A stretch of 64,000 nt of DNA from Escherichia phage VEc20. The stretch lies in the sequence record MN022785.1, one strand, 5' to 3'. This document shows, piece after piece, positions 18,922-29,076 of this stretch (position 1 is the first letter of the stretch; each line of letters begins with the position of its first letter). The position numbers were made by a program, and so were the translations under genes. The notes beneath the pieces were generated by a model that was not told where the DNA came from, did not search any database, and was given only the letters and a program-made list of their open reading frames with translations.

Positions 18922-20381
18922 AGACCAGTTACCTCATGAAAATCACCAAATACATCCTCGAATGTATTAGCTTTAGTTTTATCTTCACGTAAACGAATCG
19001 CAATCGGAAGAAATAATTTAACGTAATCAGTGCGGCCATCAGATTTTAACCAACCGTTGCATTCGCACTCTAGAATTTTTCCAATATAATAATTTTGGTT
19101 TTCCATAATGCGAGTACGGTCAAGTTCATGTGATTTTACACCGGCTTTATCTTTTAAGCCTGAACCAGCATTTACCTTAATTTTTCCACACTCTGACTCA
19201 AGAATAAATCCACCCGCTTTAGTAGGGTCTTTACGGTGAGGATAAATTCCTACAATTTTTAAATCAACATCAATTACTTCTTTAAATTTATAGAGATTTT
19301 TTGAACGAGCATTTTCCCATAATCCATCGATATTTTTGAGAATAATACCTTCAAGACCTTGGTCAATATACTTTTTATAAATTACCTTAGCTTCATCTAG
19401 GTTATTTACTACCTGGTTTTCAATTAAAATTACTTTATCATAGCCTGATGTCATTTGTTCTAGTTTAGAAAAACGTACATCATATTTTAAACGAAACGCC
19501 GGAAGACCGTATATTTCTACCAACGGGACATAATCCCAGACCTGAAACTTCATGCATTGAGCTTCTTTTTCGGAAATGGTTCCCTTTAAAGATTTATTAG
19601 CGATTCCATTAGAAGTAGTACGTGATTCAGCTACTTCGGCGAATTCTTTGGCTTTACTAATTTCAGGATAAGCATCAAAAAGAAAATCTAGGCCTTCTGG
19701 CTCCTTTTTAACTTGCTCATGGTATACCAATTCGCCATCAATTAACACGCCTTCTGGATGAATCTGGCGGGCTTCAGCGGTCATTTTGATTAATTCTTCC
19801 TTAAGAAGATCTAATCCTAGATATTCATTACCGGCTCGTGATAAAAGACGAACATCATCTAATTCATCACCTCTGACTTCGGCAAAGCACCGAGCCCCAT
19901 CAGCTTTTAACTGGGCAAAGGCTGGAAATTTGATATTCTTATTAATGCCTTTTTCATCATAAGAACTTGCCAGCATTTGAGGTTGTTCAGGAATTAAACC
20001 TGGCCAAACTTTGTTTGCAATAGATACTGAAGCACCACATTCAAGGTCTCGCATCATCACTCGACGCAAAACTTCAACATCATCTTTTTTACCATCGGTG
20101 ATATATCCAGTTAATTCCTCAATTGCTGCATTTCCAGTCAATTTCCGAGTAGCTAATGTGAATTCAATGAAGTCAAGCATATCGGTAAGAGTCAACATTC
20201 CAAAACTCTGGGTAGCAATACCAGGTTTAGGCCATTTCTTGATATAATACTGCAGCCCACGAGAATAAGTCAGACGATATACTCGTTTAAGCAATTCATT
20301 ATCTTTATTCTTTTCAAGAATTGCTTGCTTCTGCTTAGTTGAACCAATAGATGCTATTTCGTTCAGAATTTTAAGAATCAT
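18918..20381 (-). CDS. 30: ATP-dependent DNA ligase gp30
   Basis: 487-aa ORF, T4 ligase length; adenylation motif KADGAR. Confidence 0.9.
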   Translation of the reverse strand: MILKILNEIASIGSTKQKQAILEKNKDNELLKRVYRLTYSRGLQYYIKKWPKPGIATQSFGMLTLTDMLDFIEFTLATRKLTGNAAIEELTGYITDGKKDDVEVLRRVMMRDLECGASVSIANKVWPGLIPEQPQMLASSYDEKGINKNIKFPAFAQLKADGARCFAEVRGDELDDVRLLSRAGNEYLGLDLLKEELIKMTAEARQIHPEGVLIDGELVYHEQVKKEPEGLDFLFDAYPEISKAKEFAEVAESRTTSNGIANKSLKGTISEKEAQCMKFQVWDYVPLVEIYGLPAFRLKYDVRFSKLEQMTSGYDKVILIENQVVNNLDEAKVIYKKYIDQGLEGIILKNIDGLWENARSKNLYKFKEVIDVDLKIVGIYPHRKDPTKAGGFILESECGKIKVNAGSGLKDKAGVKSHELDRTRIMENQNYYIGKILECECNGWLKSDGRTDYVKLFLPIAIRLREDKTKANTFEDVFGDFHEVTGL

Positions 20382-20647
20382 TGTTCATCCTTCAGAGTTT
20401 GGTTTACAGCTCTATTATAAATCAATTCATCATTAAGCTCAGTCAAAGACTTATGATATGTGGTTCTAACTTTATTTCCTTGCATCCAGTGCTTGATATA
20501 AATGAAACCTTGCTCTACGCATTTTTTAAAAATTCGTTCGTCTTTTTGAGCTCGGAATTCTGGATTGCATCTAAAAAATTGATTTACGTGACCGTAATCA
20601 CGTGTAGTATTACCTTCATTTTCATAAATAGTGTGAACAACAAACAT
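20378..20647 (-). CDS. hypothetical protein (30.1-like)
   Basis: 89-aa ORF with 4-nt overlaps to both neighbours. Confidence 0.5.
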   Translation of the reverse strand: MFVVHTIYENEGNTTRDYGHVNQFFRCNPEFRAQKDERIFKKCVEQGFIYIKHWMQGNKVRTTYHKSLTELNDELIYNRAVNQTLKDEQ

Positions 20648-21486
20648 TAGAATGCTCCTTGGAAAATATTATCACCACAAGTAGGTCTATTATACAAATA
20701 CTCTATACCGCCGGGTTTAATATAGTTCCATGTCTGAAACGGATGTGTCTGATATGGATGATATAGATGATTATAAGGATTAAATCCAGGAGTTCTCCAG
20801 GTAGTGTTCCAACGAAAAGAATCGTTTTTAATCATCTTTTCAATTACATCTTTTATAGCTTTTTCACTATCAAAACTTTCTTTATTTTCCTTTGGTGAAA
20901 AAAGCTTATTCTCTACATCGTTCCATGTATAAACTCGCTGAGCAGTTTTTGGAATACTGTCACGTTCCCCTCGAGCCATCCAATAAACAGGAACACTTAA
21001 TATTTCACTCGCGTGATCGCAGTGGTGAGCGAGATCGTCAATATAACAAATTACGTTATATTTCTCTTTTGCCTTTTTGAACAACTCTTCTTTTGAAGAA
21101 TCATGACCACACATCAGTACTTCTGAGAAGGCACCAGGAAAAAGAGCATTCAAATTAAATTGACGATTCAGCAGAGCGTCAATAGAATCACCCAGCGCTG
21201 TAACAGCTACAAAATTATAATCTTCTTTTAATTTGTTAATTACACACAGAGCATCTTTATATGGAGACAAGTAACGAATAAAATCTGAACGATTGTATTT
21301 TTCAATTAACTTGACACCAAGTTCTTCATCACAATTAAAAAGTTTACCAGGAGAAATAAATTTTTCATCTTGGATCATTTTTAAAATATGTTCCAACGGA
21401 AGATTATATTTCTGAGCAAAATAAGGAAGGCCTGATTGCCAGCTTAAACACACTCCATCAATATCAGTTAAAATAGTAGGCTTCAT
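20647..21486 (-). CDS. HAD-superfamily hydrolase-like protein (30.2-like)
   Basis: 279-aa ORF with N-terminal DxDGV motif (ILTDIDGVCL). Confidence 0.55.
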   Translation of the reverse strand: MKPTILTDIDGVCLSWQSGLPYFAQKYNLPLEHILKMIQDEKFISPGKLFNCDEELGVKLIEKYNRSDFIRYLSPYKDALCVINKLKEDYNFVAVTALGDSIDALLNRQFNLNALFPGAFSEVLMCGHDSSKEELFKKAKEKYNVICYIDDLAHHCDHASEILSVPVYWMARGERDSIPKTAQRVYTWNDVENKLFSPKENKESFDSEKAIKDVIEKMIKNDSFRWNTTWRTPGFNPYNHLYHPYQTHPFQTWNYIKPGGIEYLYNRPTCGDNIFQGAF

Positions 21487-21947
21487 AGAGAGTCTCTTAA
21501 TAGGTTTAACACATCAATAAATTCAGCTTCGGTTAGTATTGTATCATCTTTTGTTAGACCACTAGCCATGCTGTGCTTCAAAACTTTTCCTTTCGAGGCT
21601 TGTAACGCATCACGAAAGCCCTTGTTTTGGATCGCTGCTTCAAAATATGCATTTGTGTATAATTCTTTCCACGCCGGGGAGTATCTTGAAAATGGAACTC
21701 CAAGCCAGAAGAGGGTTCCACGGTCTTGAGCTCTTGCATAAGACCTTCCAGCTTGTTGGGCGGCAAGCCCGGATAACCCAAATATACGACGTTGTTGTTC
21801 AACGTTTTTCACCTTGCATCCTTGGAGGAATCCTTCAAGACCTCCAAATTGAATACCATCCATAACGAAAGGCCAATGGGCGAAATTACTTAATGCACAT
21901 GATGGCCACCTAAAATTGCTTCTAATCTCTAACTCAGACATTTTCAA
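21483..21947 (-). CDS. NADAR/YbiA-family protein (30.3-like)
   Basis: 154-aa ORF; segment LSNFAHWPFVMDGIQFGGLEGFLQGCKV resembles the YbiA/NADAR core FSNFAAWP...EHYFQAQKF. Confidence 0.5.
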   Translation of the reverse strand: MKMSELEIRSNFRWPSCALSNFAHWPFVMDGIQFGGLEGFLQGCKVKNVEQQRRIFGLSGLAAQQAGRSYARAQDRGTLFWLGVPFSRYSPAWKELYTNAYFEAAIQNKGFRDALQASKGKVLKHSMASGLTKDDTILTEAEFIDVLNLLRDSL

Positions 21948-22140
21948 TGCTTATAATTTCAACATCAGCCCAATGACCATAGCAAGGAAGACGAAATTCA
22001 ACTGGCCAGTTAGGGTCCTTTTCTAATATAATAGACTCAACTCGTGGTTCTTCACGTTCATCAGTATATGGATTTTTATCTGTTACTTTATATGTGACCT
22101 TAATGTACTGAATTCCAAAAATCTTATTAATTATATTCAT
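21934..22140 (-). CDS. hypothetical protein
   Basis: 68-aa ORF in the operon. Confidence 0.45.
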   Translation of the reverse strand: MNIINKIFGIQYIKVTYKVTDKNPYTDEREEPRVESIILEKDPNWPVEFRLPCYGHWADVEIISIENV

Positions 22141-22334
22141 ACTAATTCCTTTAATCCGTAGATAGGAGATAATTCATCACCCATACGAAGGTCTTCATTT
22201 CCATCTACCCAGGAAACAATATAAGCCTCTTTTATTTGAATACCACTCCATTTAAATGGAGGTAGAACCTTAGAAATTAATCCAGGTATACCAACTCCCT
22301 TTAATTCAACAGTTTGACCTAAAAAGAATTTCAT
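22137..22334 (-). CDS. hypothetical protein
   Basis: 65-aa ORF, 4-nt overlap. Confidence 0.45.
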   Translation of the reverse strand: MKFFLGQTVELKGVGIPGLISKVLPPFKWSGIQIKEAYIVSWVDGNEDLRMGDELSPIYGLKELV

Positions 22335-22621
22335 TAGAACCTCATCTGAAAACCGTGCGATTTAACATTACCGCCGCCAATATCAGAGATATTAATTTCG
22401 CGCGCAATTGAAGGGTCAATGTCAATTTCACGATTGAGTTTAGTGATAGCTAAAGTATCGCGCCCATTTACAGTACGAAACTCTAAAGGACAAACCACAT
22501 CAACGTAGTTTTTAATCGATTCACTGGTAGGCTGCAAATGAGCAGGAAGGTCTTTAGGCGCCTTTGAGAAAACCACTTCACAGAAATTTTTGCGGGTATC
22601 AAAATAAGTAGTCATAAACAT
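22334..22621 (-). CDS. hypothetical protein
   Basis: 95-aa ORF, 1-nt overlap. Confidence 0.5.
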   Translation of the reverse strand: MFMTTYFDTRKNFCEVVFSKAPKDLPAHLQPTSESIKNYVDVVCPLEFRTVNGRDTLAITKLNREIDIDPSIAREINISDIGGGNVKSHGFQMRF

Positions 22622-22638
22622 AGTATTTTCCTCAGTAA

Positions 22639-22664
22639 GGGGCCGAAGCCCCTCATTTTATTTT
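22639..22664. other. intergenic GC hairpin (GGGGC-CGAA-GCCCC)
   Basis: UUCG-loop hairpin in minus-strand RNA between two early ORFs; the T-run is on the plus side only. Confidence 0.4.
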
Positions 22665-23040
22665 AAATATCAAATTCGTTAAGAACTACATCAAAGATTG
22701 CTTCAAGATGCTCAGGTTTAGCTCTGTTACTCAGAATATGACGAATCCAAGTTTTAACCAGAAGCTTGCGATTAACGCCATTCCAGCAAGGATGAGTCCC
22801 TAAATCGCGTTGACGAAAATCATCATCCAAAGCAATTTTGAAGTTGGAACCTTCCATTGTGATTGAAACCGTGATGCCATTTTCAAATCGCATATAAACG
22901 TAGTTAGGAGTCATATACTGTTCAATTTCGCATACTGATCCATTTTGATGTTTCCAAAGGCAGATGGTATCAATAGAACCTGCAATACCATTAGAAACAT
23001 ATTTACGTTCAAAGTTAATGTAGTTCATTTTATTCTCCAA
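22663..23040 (-). CDS. hypothetical protein
   Basis: 125-aa ORF downstream of the early promoter at 23065-23092. Confidence 0.5.
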   Translation of the reverse strand: MENKMNYINFERKYVSNGIAGSIDTICLWKHQNGSVCEIEQYMTPNYVYMRFENGITVSITMEGSNFKIALDDDFRQRDLGTHPCWNGVNRKLLVKTWIRHILSNRAKPEHLEAIFDVVLNEFDI

Positions 23041-23064
23041 GATGTTTAATTGCGGTACAGGTAT

Positions 23065-23092
23065 ATAATATCATGTCCTGTACCAAAGTAAA
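23065..23092 (-). promoter_or_regulatory. early promoter (TTTACT-N16-TATTAT) inside an inverted repeat
   Basis: An 8-bp inverted repeat GGTACAGG/CCTGTACC (23054-23084) brackets the -10 region. Confidence 0.4.
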
Positions 23093-23095
23093 CAA

Positions 23096-23428
23096 TTATT
23101 TTACTACTTTCCAATGCTGCATGTCAAGTTTACCAACTTTTTTCATCTTCTCAATTAAGCGTTCGGCACGTTGGCGAGCTGTAACATAATACCATTCACC
23201 TAATTCATTTTGTTCAATTTTTCCAACGATTACTGTATTCAATTCATAAATCCAACCAGTAAAGAAATTATGAACTTGAATTGTAAAGGTGAAATCTGTT
23301 CCCATACCTTCTGTTGTTTCTACTTCAATAATATCACCTTCAACTGCCATTAAGAACCACATAGTTTCATCATATTTACCATTGAAGCATTTAGTTTTAA
23401 CTGCAGCGTTCAGATTAATCGTTTTCAT
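23096..23428 (-). CDS. hypothetical protein (30.9-like)
   Basis: 110-aa ORF downstream of the early promoter at 23456-23484. Confidence 0.5.
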   Translation of the reverse strand: MKTINLNAAVKTKCFNGKYDETMWFLMAVEGDIIEVETTEGMGTDFTFTIQVHNFFTGWIYELNTVIVGKIEQNELGEWYYVTARQRAERLIEKMKKVGKLDMQHWKVVK

Positions 23429-23455
23429 TTTATTCTCCTTTGTTTGTGTAAGATA

Positions 23456-23484
23456 ATACTATCACAAAGGAACCATACTGTAAA
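23456..23484 (-). promoter_or_regulatory. early promoter (TTTACA-N17-TAGTAT)
   Basis: Minus strand GTTTACA-17 bp-TAGTAT about 28 nt upstream of the 23428 start. Confidence 0.5.
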
Positions 23485-23504
23485 CAACTTTATGCAATCT
23501 TTGG

Positions 23505-23533
23505 AAAATAAAAAAGGACTCCCGAAGGAGTCC
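23505..23533 (-). terminator. intrinsic terminator (UUCG hairpin plus U-run)
   Basis: GGACTCC-CGAA-GGAGTCC; minus-strand RNA hairpin followed by UUUUUUAUUUU. Confidence 0.6.
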
Positions 23534-23538
23534 TCAAC

Positions 23539-23757
23539 TTATGCTTTCTGCTTACCAAAACGAGAAGCATCATCTCGAAGAACCGCACGTGCTCGGCGCA
23601 TGATCTTCTCAACAGTTTGATTGATACGAGAGTTCGACCCACGCTTGTAGCCAGCGCGTTTAGAATCACCAACTTTCTTTTCAACTGCTTTCTTTGCTTT
23701 AGCTTGTTTTGCCATTATAAATTCTCTTTTAAATGAAAATGCAGGACTTATTGGCAT
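23539..23757 (-). CDS. small highly basic protein
   Basis: 72-aa ORF, or 58 aa if it starts at ATG 23715 (MAKQAKAKK...); Lys/Arg-rich; terminator directly downstream. Confidence 0.45.
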   Translation of the reverse strand: MPISPAFSFKREFIMAKQAKAKKAVEKKVGDSKRAGYKRGSNSRINQTVEKIMRRARAVLRDDASRFGKQKA

Positions 23758-24113
23758 TGCCTGCGCAAGCCCTCAAGGGGAACATAGGTTTTTGGATATT
23801 TAACGACCAGGATAACCATAAACCCGTCATCATACCTTATAGCTCTTATCTGTTGCACACCGTTAGCTTAAAGGTTCCGGGTTCGATTTCTCGAGGATAA
23901 GATATATACTGATGGATATATAGGCCTTGAGGCGTACTCCCGATTGGCCATCACCTCGGGGTAGCATGCACTTGCCGCTATAAGAATAACATTCAAGAGG
24001 TACACCGTAAAACTGCCGGGGTCTTAAAACTATAATGATTCGCAAATCATTAATCAGACAGTTCGACGGCTCCTCGATTTTAGCTCACACTAAGGCAGTG
24101 AATCTCCAGTAAA

Positions 24114-24362
24114 TTACTTCAGTGTTACCACAAAGTGACGAACTGCTTTTCGTGCAGCAGAAGCCAAAGGCTTAGCATATTTAAGTTCATCTTTTTCCTG
24201 AAGCTCAGCAGCTAATGCAGTTTGAGCAGGATTCAGATGTTTGAAATAACGCAGGATTTCAAGAGCTTCGGCTTCAACATCAATAGATGCGCCATAGTTT
24301 TCGTGACCATTATTCCATGCGTTTCGTTGCAGTTCAAGAGCGTGTTGTAATTGTTTAATCAT
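24114..24362 (-). CDS. rIII: RIII-like lysis-inhibition accessory protein
   Basis: 82-aa ORF immediately downstream of gene 31; length and position match T4 rIII. Confidence 0.6.
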   Translation of the reverse strand: MIKQLQHALELQRNAWNNGHENYGASIDVEAEALEILRYFKHLNPAQTALAAELQEKDELKYAKPLASAARKAVRHFVVTLK

Positions 24363-24501
24363 TTAAAAATTCTCGTTAGAGATTAAAACTCGGTAGTCAC
24401 GTTCTTCTGAATTTCATCTTCTTTCGACAGATCTCTCAGTTGTAGACTACCACATAGAATTGTTCGGTTAACTTATTATTCCGACACCCAATTCATATTA
24501 T

Positions 24502-24509
24502 TATTTATA
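24502..24509 (-). promoter_or_regulatory. late promoter TATAAATA (minus strand)
   Basis: Plus-strand tatttata right after the gene 31 stop, upstream of rIII. Confidence 0.4.
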
Positions 24510-24845
24510 TCACTTATAAAGACACGGAATAGCTTTATAGTGACAGGTAACAAATTTTTGTTTAATTTCTTTTGGCTGCTTAAGACCCAGAGCTACAAAA
24601 GGATGCGGAACATTTCGAATTTGACCAACTGGGAGAGAAGTCAAATCACCAACTTCGCAGAAACCTTCAGGAACATCAGGACCGACAGAGTGAATTACAC
24701 ACAGTTCAGGAACTTCACCTTGAACACGTTTACCGATAATAAGTCCTGATTCTGTAACTTCTTCATCACCGGCTTGTGAAGGTTCAGAAACTAAAATAAC
24801 ATATTCACCGACAGCGCGAATTGGTAGCTGTTGTACTTCAGACAT
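24510..24845 (-). CDS. 31: co-chaperonin gp31 (GroES analogue)
   Basis: 111-aa [22 protein letters not shown]... recognised as T4 gp31. Confidence 0.9.
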   Translation of the reverse strand: MSEVQQLPIRAVGEYVILVSEPSQAGDEEVTESGLIIGKRVQGEVPELCVIHSVGPDVPEGFCEVGDLTSLPVGQIRNVPHPFVALGLKQPKEIKQKFVTCHYKAIPCLYK

Positions 24846-24875
24846 CGTTTTTCCTTTTTGTTAACAGATGAGTTA

Positions 24876-24900
24876 ATAATAACAAATAATTCTTAAAGCA
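24876..24900 (-). promoter_or_regulatory. MotA-dependent middle promoter of gene 31
   Basis: Minus strand AATGCTTTAA-N12-TATTAT, abutting the upstream ORF stop. Confidence 0.5.
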
Positions 24901-24901
24901 T

Positions 24902-25210
24902 TTATTTACCAATAAATTGGAGCAAATGCTCAACTTTCATACCATTAACAGAAATCAATTTGTCAATAGAAAAACCTCGCCAAGCGCCAAGTTCAACATC
25001 AAATACTGGAATCATATCCGTAGATTCTTTCCGAGTAGATTCAGTCAATTTACCGGTTTGCATGGTTGGCATAAAGTCTGCATCACGAGTACCTTTCATA
25101 GTACGAATAGTACCATCAGACTTTTCAAAAACTACGTTTGAAACACCCATGGACAATTTAGTTTTCAAAATTTCACGAATTGCTACTTTCTGCTCAGTTG
25201 TTAGTTTCAT
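24902..25210 (-). CDS. hypothetical protein (31.1-like)
   Basis: 102-aa ORF. Confidence 0.5.
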   Translation of the reverse strand: MKLTTEQKVAIREILKTKLSMGVSNVVFEKSDGTIRTMKGTRDADFMPTMQTGKLTESTRKESTDMIPVFDVELGAWRGFSIDKLISVNGMKVEHLLQFIGK

Positions 25211-25447
25211 TTATTTACCTATCACAGTTTTAATATGAGTTGTTCCACGTTCTTTAAGGGTGGAAAGTAATTTTTGGCATTTTTCTAAATCAGATTTCCA
25301 ACTATGTGGTCTATCAATACAAACCCAGTTTGACTTATAATACTGCTTCCATTTAGAGAAAAAATACTTCTTATACTCTACAGCAAATGAAATGTTCTCG
25401 TTGGAATAAGAACTAATTGCTGTGAGCTGTACCAAACGAAATTTCAT
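25211..25447 (-). CDS. hypothetical protein (31.2-like)
   Basis: 78-aa ORF. Confidence 0.45.
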   Translation of the reverse strand: MKFRLVQLTAISSYSNENISFAVEYKKYFFSKWKQYYKSNWVCIDRPHSWKSDLEKCQKLLSTLKERGTTHIKTVIGK

Positions 25448-26028
25448 TATTCACCACAGAATTCGTTGATATTTTCCCAGTTTAACTTATTCAAGTTTTT
25501 CTTAGGAACATTAAACACTTCAATACCTGCATTTCGCAGAATATCATCCCAGCCAGGTTTATTTTTATCGTATGTTTCACAATAAACCAGCTTTTTAATT
25601 CCAGATTGAGCTATCGCTTTTGCGCAATCTGGACATGGAGAAAGTGTTACATACATAGTAGCACCTTCAATAGAAGAACCATTTCGTGCAGCAAACAAAA
25701 TTGCATTTAGTTCAGCATGAATTTCATTTTTAGATGACCATTCCGAGTGAGCACTACGATGTTCTTTCGCCAAGACAAAACGATCAGTTGAACCAAATGA
25801 TACACATTCGGGCTTATGGCCTTGAATGATAGTGTGTTTAGGCTTATTCAACAACCAACCTTGCTCAGCAGCATAATCACAGCAATTTACTCCACCTGCG
25901 GGTGAACCATTATACCCAGTAGAAATAATACGTCCATTCTTTTCAATTACTGCTCCTACCTTCCAGGAACAACATTTTGATTCCTGCGATACTAAATATG
26001 CAATTTGAAGTACTGTACTCGCTTTCAT
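25447..26028 (-). CDS. cd: dCMP deaminase
   Basis: 193-aa ORF with zinc-binding motifs HAE...PCxxC (HAELNAI...SPCPDCAKA). Confidence 0.9.
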   Translation of the reverse strand: MKASTVLQIAYLVSQESKCCSWKVGAVIEKNGRIISTGYNGSPAGGVNCCDYAAEQGWLLNKPKHTIIQGHKPECVSFGSTDRFVLAKEHRSAHSEWSSKNEIHAELNAILFAARNGSSIEGATMYVTLSPCPDCAKAIAQSGIKKLVYCETYDKNKPGWDDILRNAGIEVFNVPKKNLNKLNWENINEFCGE

Positions 26029-26363
26029 TTCATAATCACCAGATAAGCAGATTTAGCAGTTTCAACACGATAAATTTCGTGACGAAGTTTAGTTATACTT
26101 TTAATAACAGAACTAATTATATTCTGCCCATCTTTAAAGCGGTTTTTCTTATCAATAAAAACTGCGCCAGTCATCTTTTTGTGAAGCTCAACTGGATACT
26201 TCGTCACAATAATAGCATCATACACAGAAGGATGAATACTATTCACCAGAGTATCATTCATTAAAGTTATTCTAATGAACTGTGCTGTTTCAGAATCAAG
26301 CGCTCTATGATCGCCAGTATCATTTTCAAGACAATTATCAATTATATCAGTTAAATTCATCAT
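26025..26363 (-). CDS. hypothetical protein (cd.1-like)
   Basis: 112-aa ORF, 4-nt overlap. Confidence 0.5.
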   Translation of the reverse strand: MMNLTDIIDNCLENDTGDHRALDSETAQFIRITLMNDTLVNSIHPSVYDAIIVTKYPVELHKKMTGAVFIDKKNRFKDGQNIISSVIKSITKLRHEIYRVETAKSAYLVIMK

Positions 26364-26596
26364 AGTACGCCATACACCCTTTGTGCTTCAACTAATCCAT
26401 CAAAATCCAGTTTAAGATGCGATATTTGATCGCCATCACCTGGATTCACAATTACTAATACTGAACGAGGAGTTTCGGTAATAACACGAACCGATGTTTC
26501 AGGAAATCGTTCAGAAACCTTATTTACCAATTCCTGAGCAAATAGTTTAACTTTTTCTTGGAATTCTTTAACAGTAATTGGTTTTTCACTTAGCAT
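26360..26596 (-). CDS. hypothetical protein (cd.2-like)
   Basis: 78-aa ORF. Confidence 0.45.
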   Translation of the reverse strand: MLSEKPITVKEFQEKVKLFAQELVNKVSERFPETSVRVITETPRSVLVIVNPGDGDQISHLKLDFDGLVEAQRVYGVL

Positions 26597-27117
26597 GTTG
26601 ATCCCAGCTCCTTACTTTCAACGTTTTTAACTAATTTGACAGAAACTAATTCAGCATCTTGAGTAATCATTACCGGGCCTTCTTCATACTCTTCAAGATA
26701 TTCTAGAGCTTTCTTTTTAGCTTCTTCCTTCGTATCAGTTTGAGCATAGATATAAAACATACAACCAGTAATACCTACTACTTTCCACTTAATTTCTTTA
26801 TCAGTTTTAATTTCAAATTTACTGACAGAATCATCTTTTTGAACTTCTTCGAAAAAAGAATATTCTAACATATAAGCAATTGAAAATAACGGGCTAACTT
26901 TATAAGATTCGCCCATTACATCAACAGCTTTATACCAACAATCATCAATTTCGCGTTTAATGCTAATAACATTTTTCGCAGGATCTATTTTTACTTTAAA
27001 TGAATTTTCCCCAATAAACTGGGCAATTCGTTTATTAGCCCCGCAAGTTTCATTAAAAATATCTTTATATCCAGCTTTAAAGCGATAAACCTTATCTTCT
27101 TCAAACCATTCGCTCAT
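26590..27117 (-). CDS. hypothetical protein (cd.3-like)
   Basis: 175-aa ORF downstream of the early promoter at 27148-27176. Confidence 0.5.
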   Translation of the reverse strand: MSEWFEEDKVYRFKAGYKDIFNETCGANKRIAQFIGENSFKVKIDPAKNVISIKREIDDCWYKAVDVMGESYKVSPLFSIAYMLEYSFFEEVQKDDSVSKFEIKTDKEIKWKVVGITGCMFYIYAQTDTKEEAKKKALEYLEEYEEGPVMITQDAELVSVKLVKNVESKELGSTC

Positions 27118-27147
27118 TTCAATTTCCTCATTTGTTTTGGTAGAGCT

Positions 27148-27176
27148 ATAATATCACAACTCTACCGTAAAGTAAA
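27148..27176 (-). promoter_or_regulatory. early promoter (TTTACT-N17-TATTAT) inside an inverted repeat
   Basis: GGTAGAG/CTCTACC inverted repeat (27139-27166) brackets the -10. Confidence 0.45.
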
Positions 27177-27179
27177 CTA

Positions 27180-27485
27180 TTAAATTGCTTTGAATTCTGA
27201 TGTCTGTGATTCAAAGCGAATATCGCCTTTGATGACTAGCTCAGCATCAAGACCGAATACAACAATGATATGCGCTGAACCTGGATACAACGTGATGGCA
27301 ACAGAATCCACCTGGTCTGGAAGCAAAGTATTCAATACATGAGTCACTTGAGCGTGGATTCGAAGTTCAGCTGCATTATCAAGCTTTTCAAACATGTTAT
27401 TAGCGATAATTTGGCTAAACACTACTTCTACGATTTTAGAGTAAGTCGGAAACATATTTACCTCACATAATTTTCTTCGAGCCAA
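27180..27485 (-). CDS. hypothetical protein (cd.4-like)
   Basis: 101-aa ORF. Confidence 0.45.
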   Translation of the reverse strand: MARRKLCEVNMFPTYSKIVEVVFSQIIANNMFEKLDNAAELRIHAQVTHVLNTLLPDQVDSVAITLYPGSAHIIVVFGLDAELVIKGDIRFESQTSEFKAI

Positions 27486-27658
27486 TCAATAACATCCAAA
27501 GCGTTATCAAAAGTTGAACCATCTACTTTGTCTTCTGTTTCATAATCAAGAACATCTAGGCCTACTCTTCCGTCAACAATAGGCCATAAACAAAATAGAT
27601 ATTTCTTTTCTTTTTCAATTTTATCACAAAGACGATAAATCTTTTCTATATTATTCAT
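27458..27658 (-). CDS. hypothetical protein (cd.5-like)
   Basis: 66-aa ORF. Confidence 0.4.
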   Translation of the reverse strand: MNNIEKIYRLCDKIEKEKKYLFCLWPIVDGRVGLDVLDYETEDKVDGSTFDNALDVIDWLEENYVR

Positions 27659-27847
27659 AAGTTTTCCATGGTAAAGGCAGTTTAGTTTTCTTTACTGTTA
27701 GTTCAATATCAGGATTCTTTTCTCTTAATTTAAGGCATTCCTCCCAAGCTCTGATTTCACTAGTGAATACACAAAATTGCCCATTACTAGTACCAACTAA
27801 ACCACTATTTACAATAACAATAGACCAAGTTTCATGATGCCACGCCA

Positions 27848-27848
<1 letters not shown>
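27651..27848 (-). CDS. hypothetical protein
   Basis: 65-aa ORF, 1-nt overlap with pseT. Confidence 0.4.
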
Positions 27849-29073
<1,225 letters not shown>

Positions 29074-29076
29074 TTA

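Noticed and set aside
23873-23890. tRNA-like GGTTCGATT motif in the non-coding gap upstream of rIII
   Set aside because: The flanking bases cannot form a 5-bp T-stem, and no acceptor or anticodon arm can be built on either strand.
23863-24045. 60-aa ORF (MRIIIVLRPRQFYG...) in the non-coding gap
   Set aside because: Uses a non-ATG start, has no RBS, and has an arginine-rich composition typical of a random frame.
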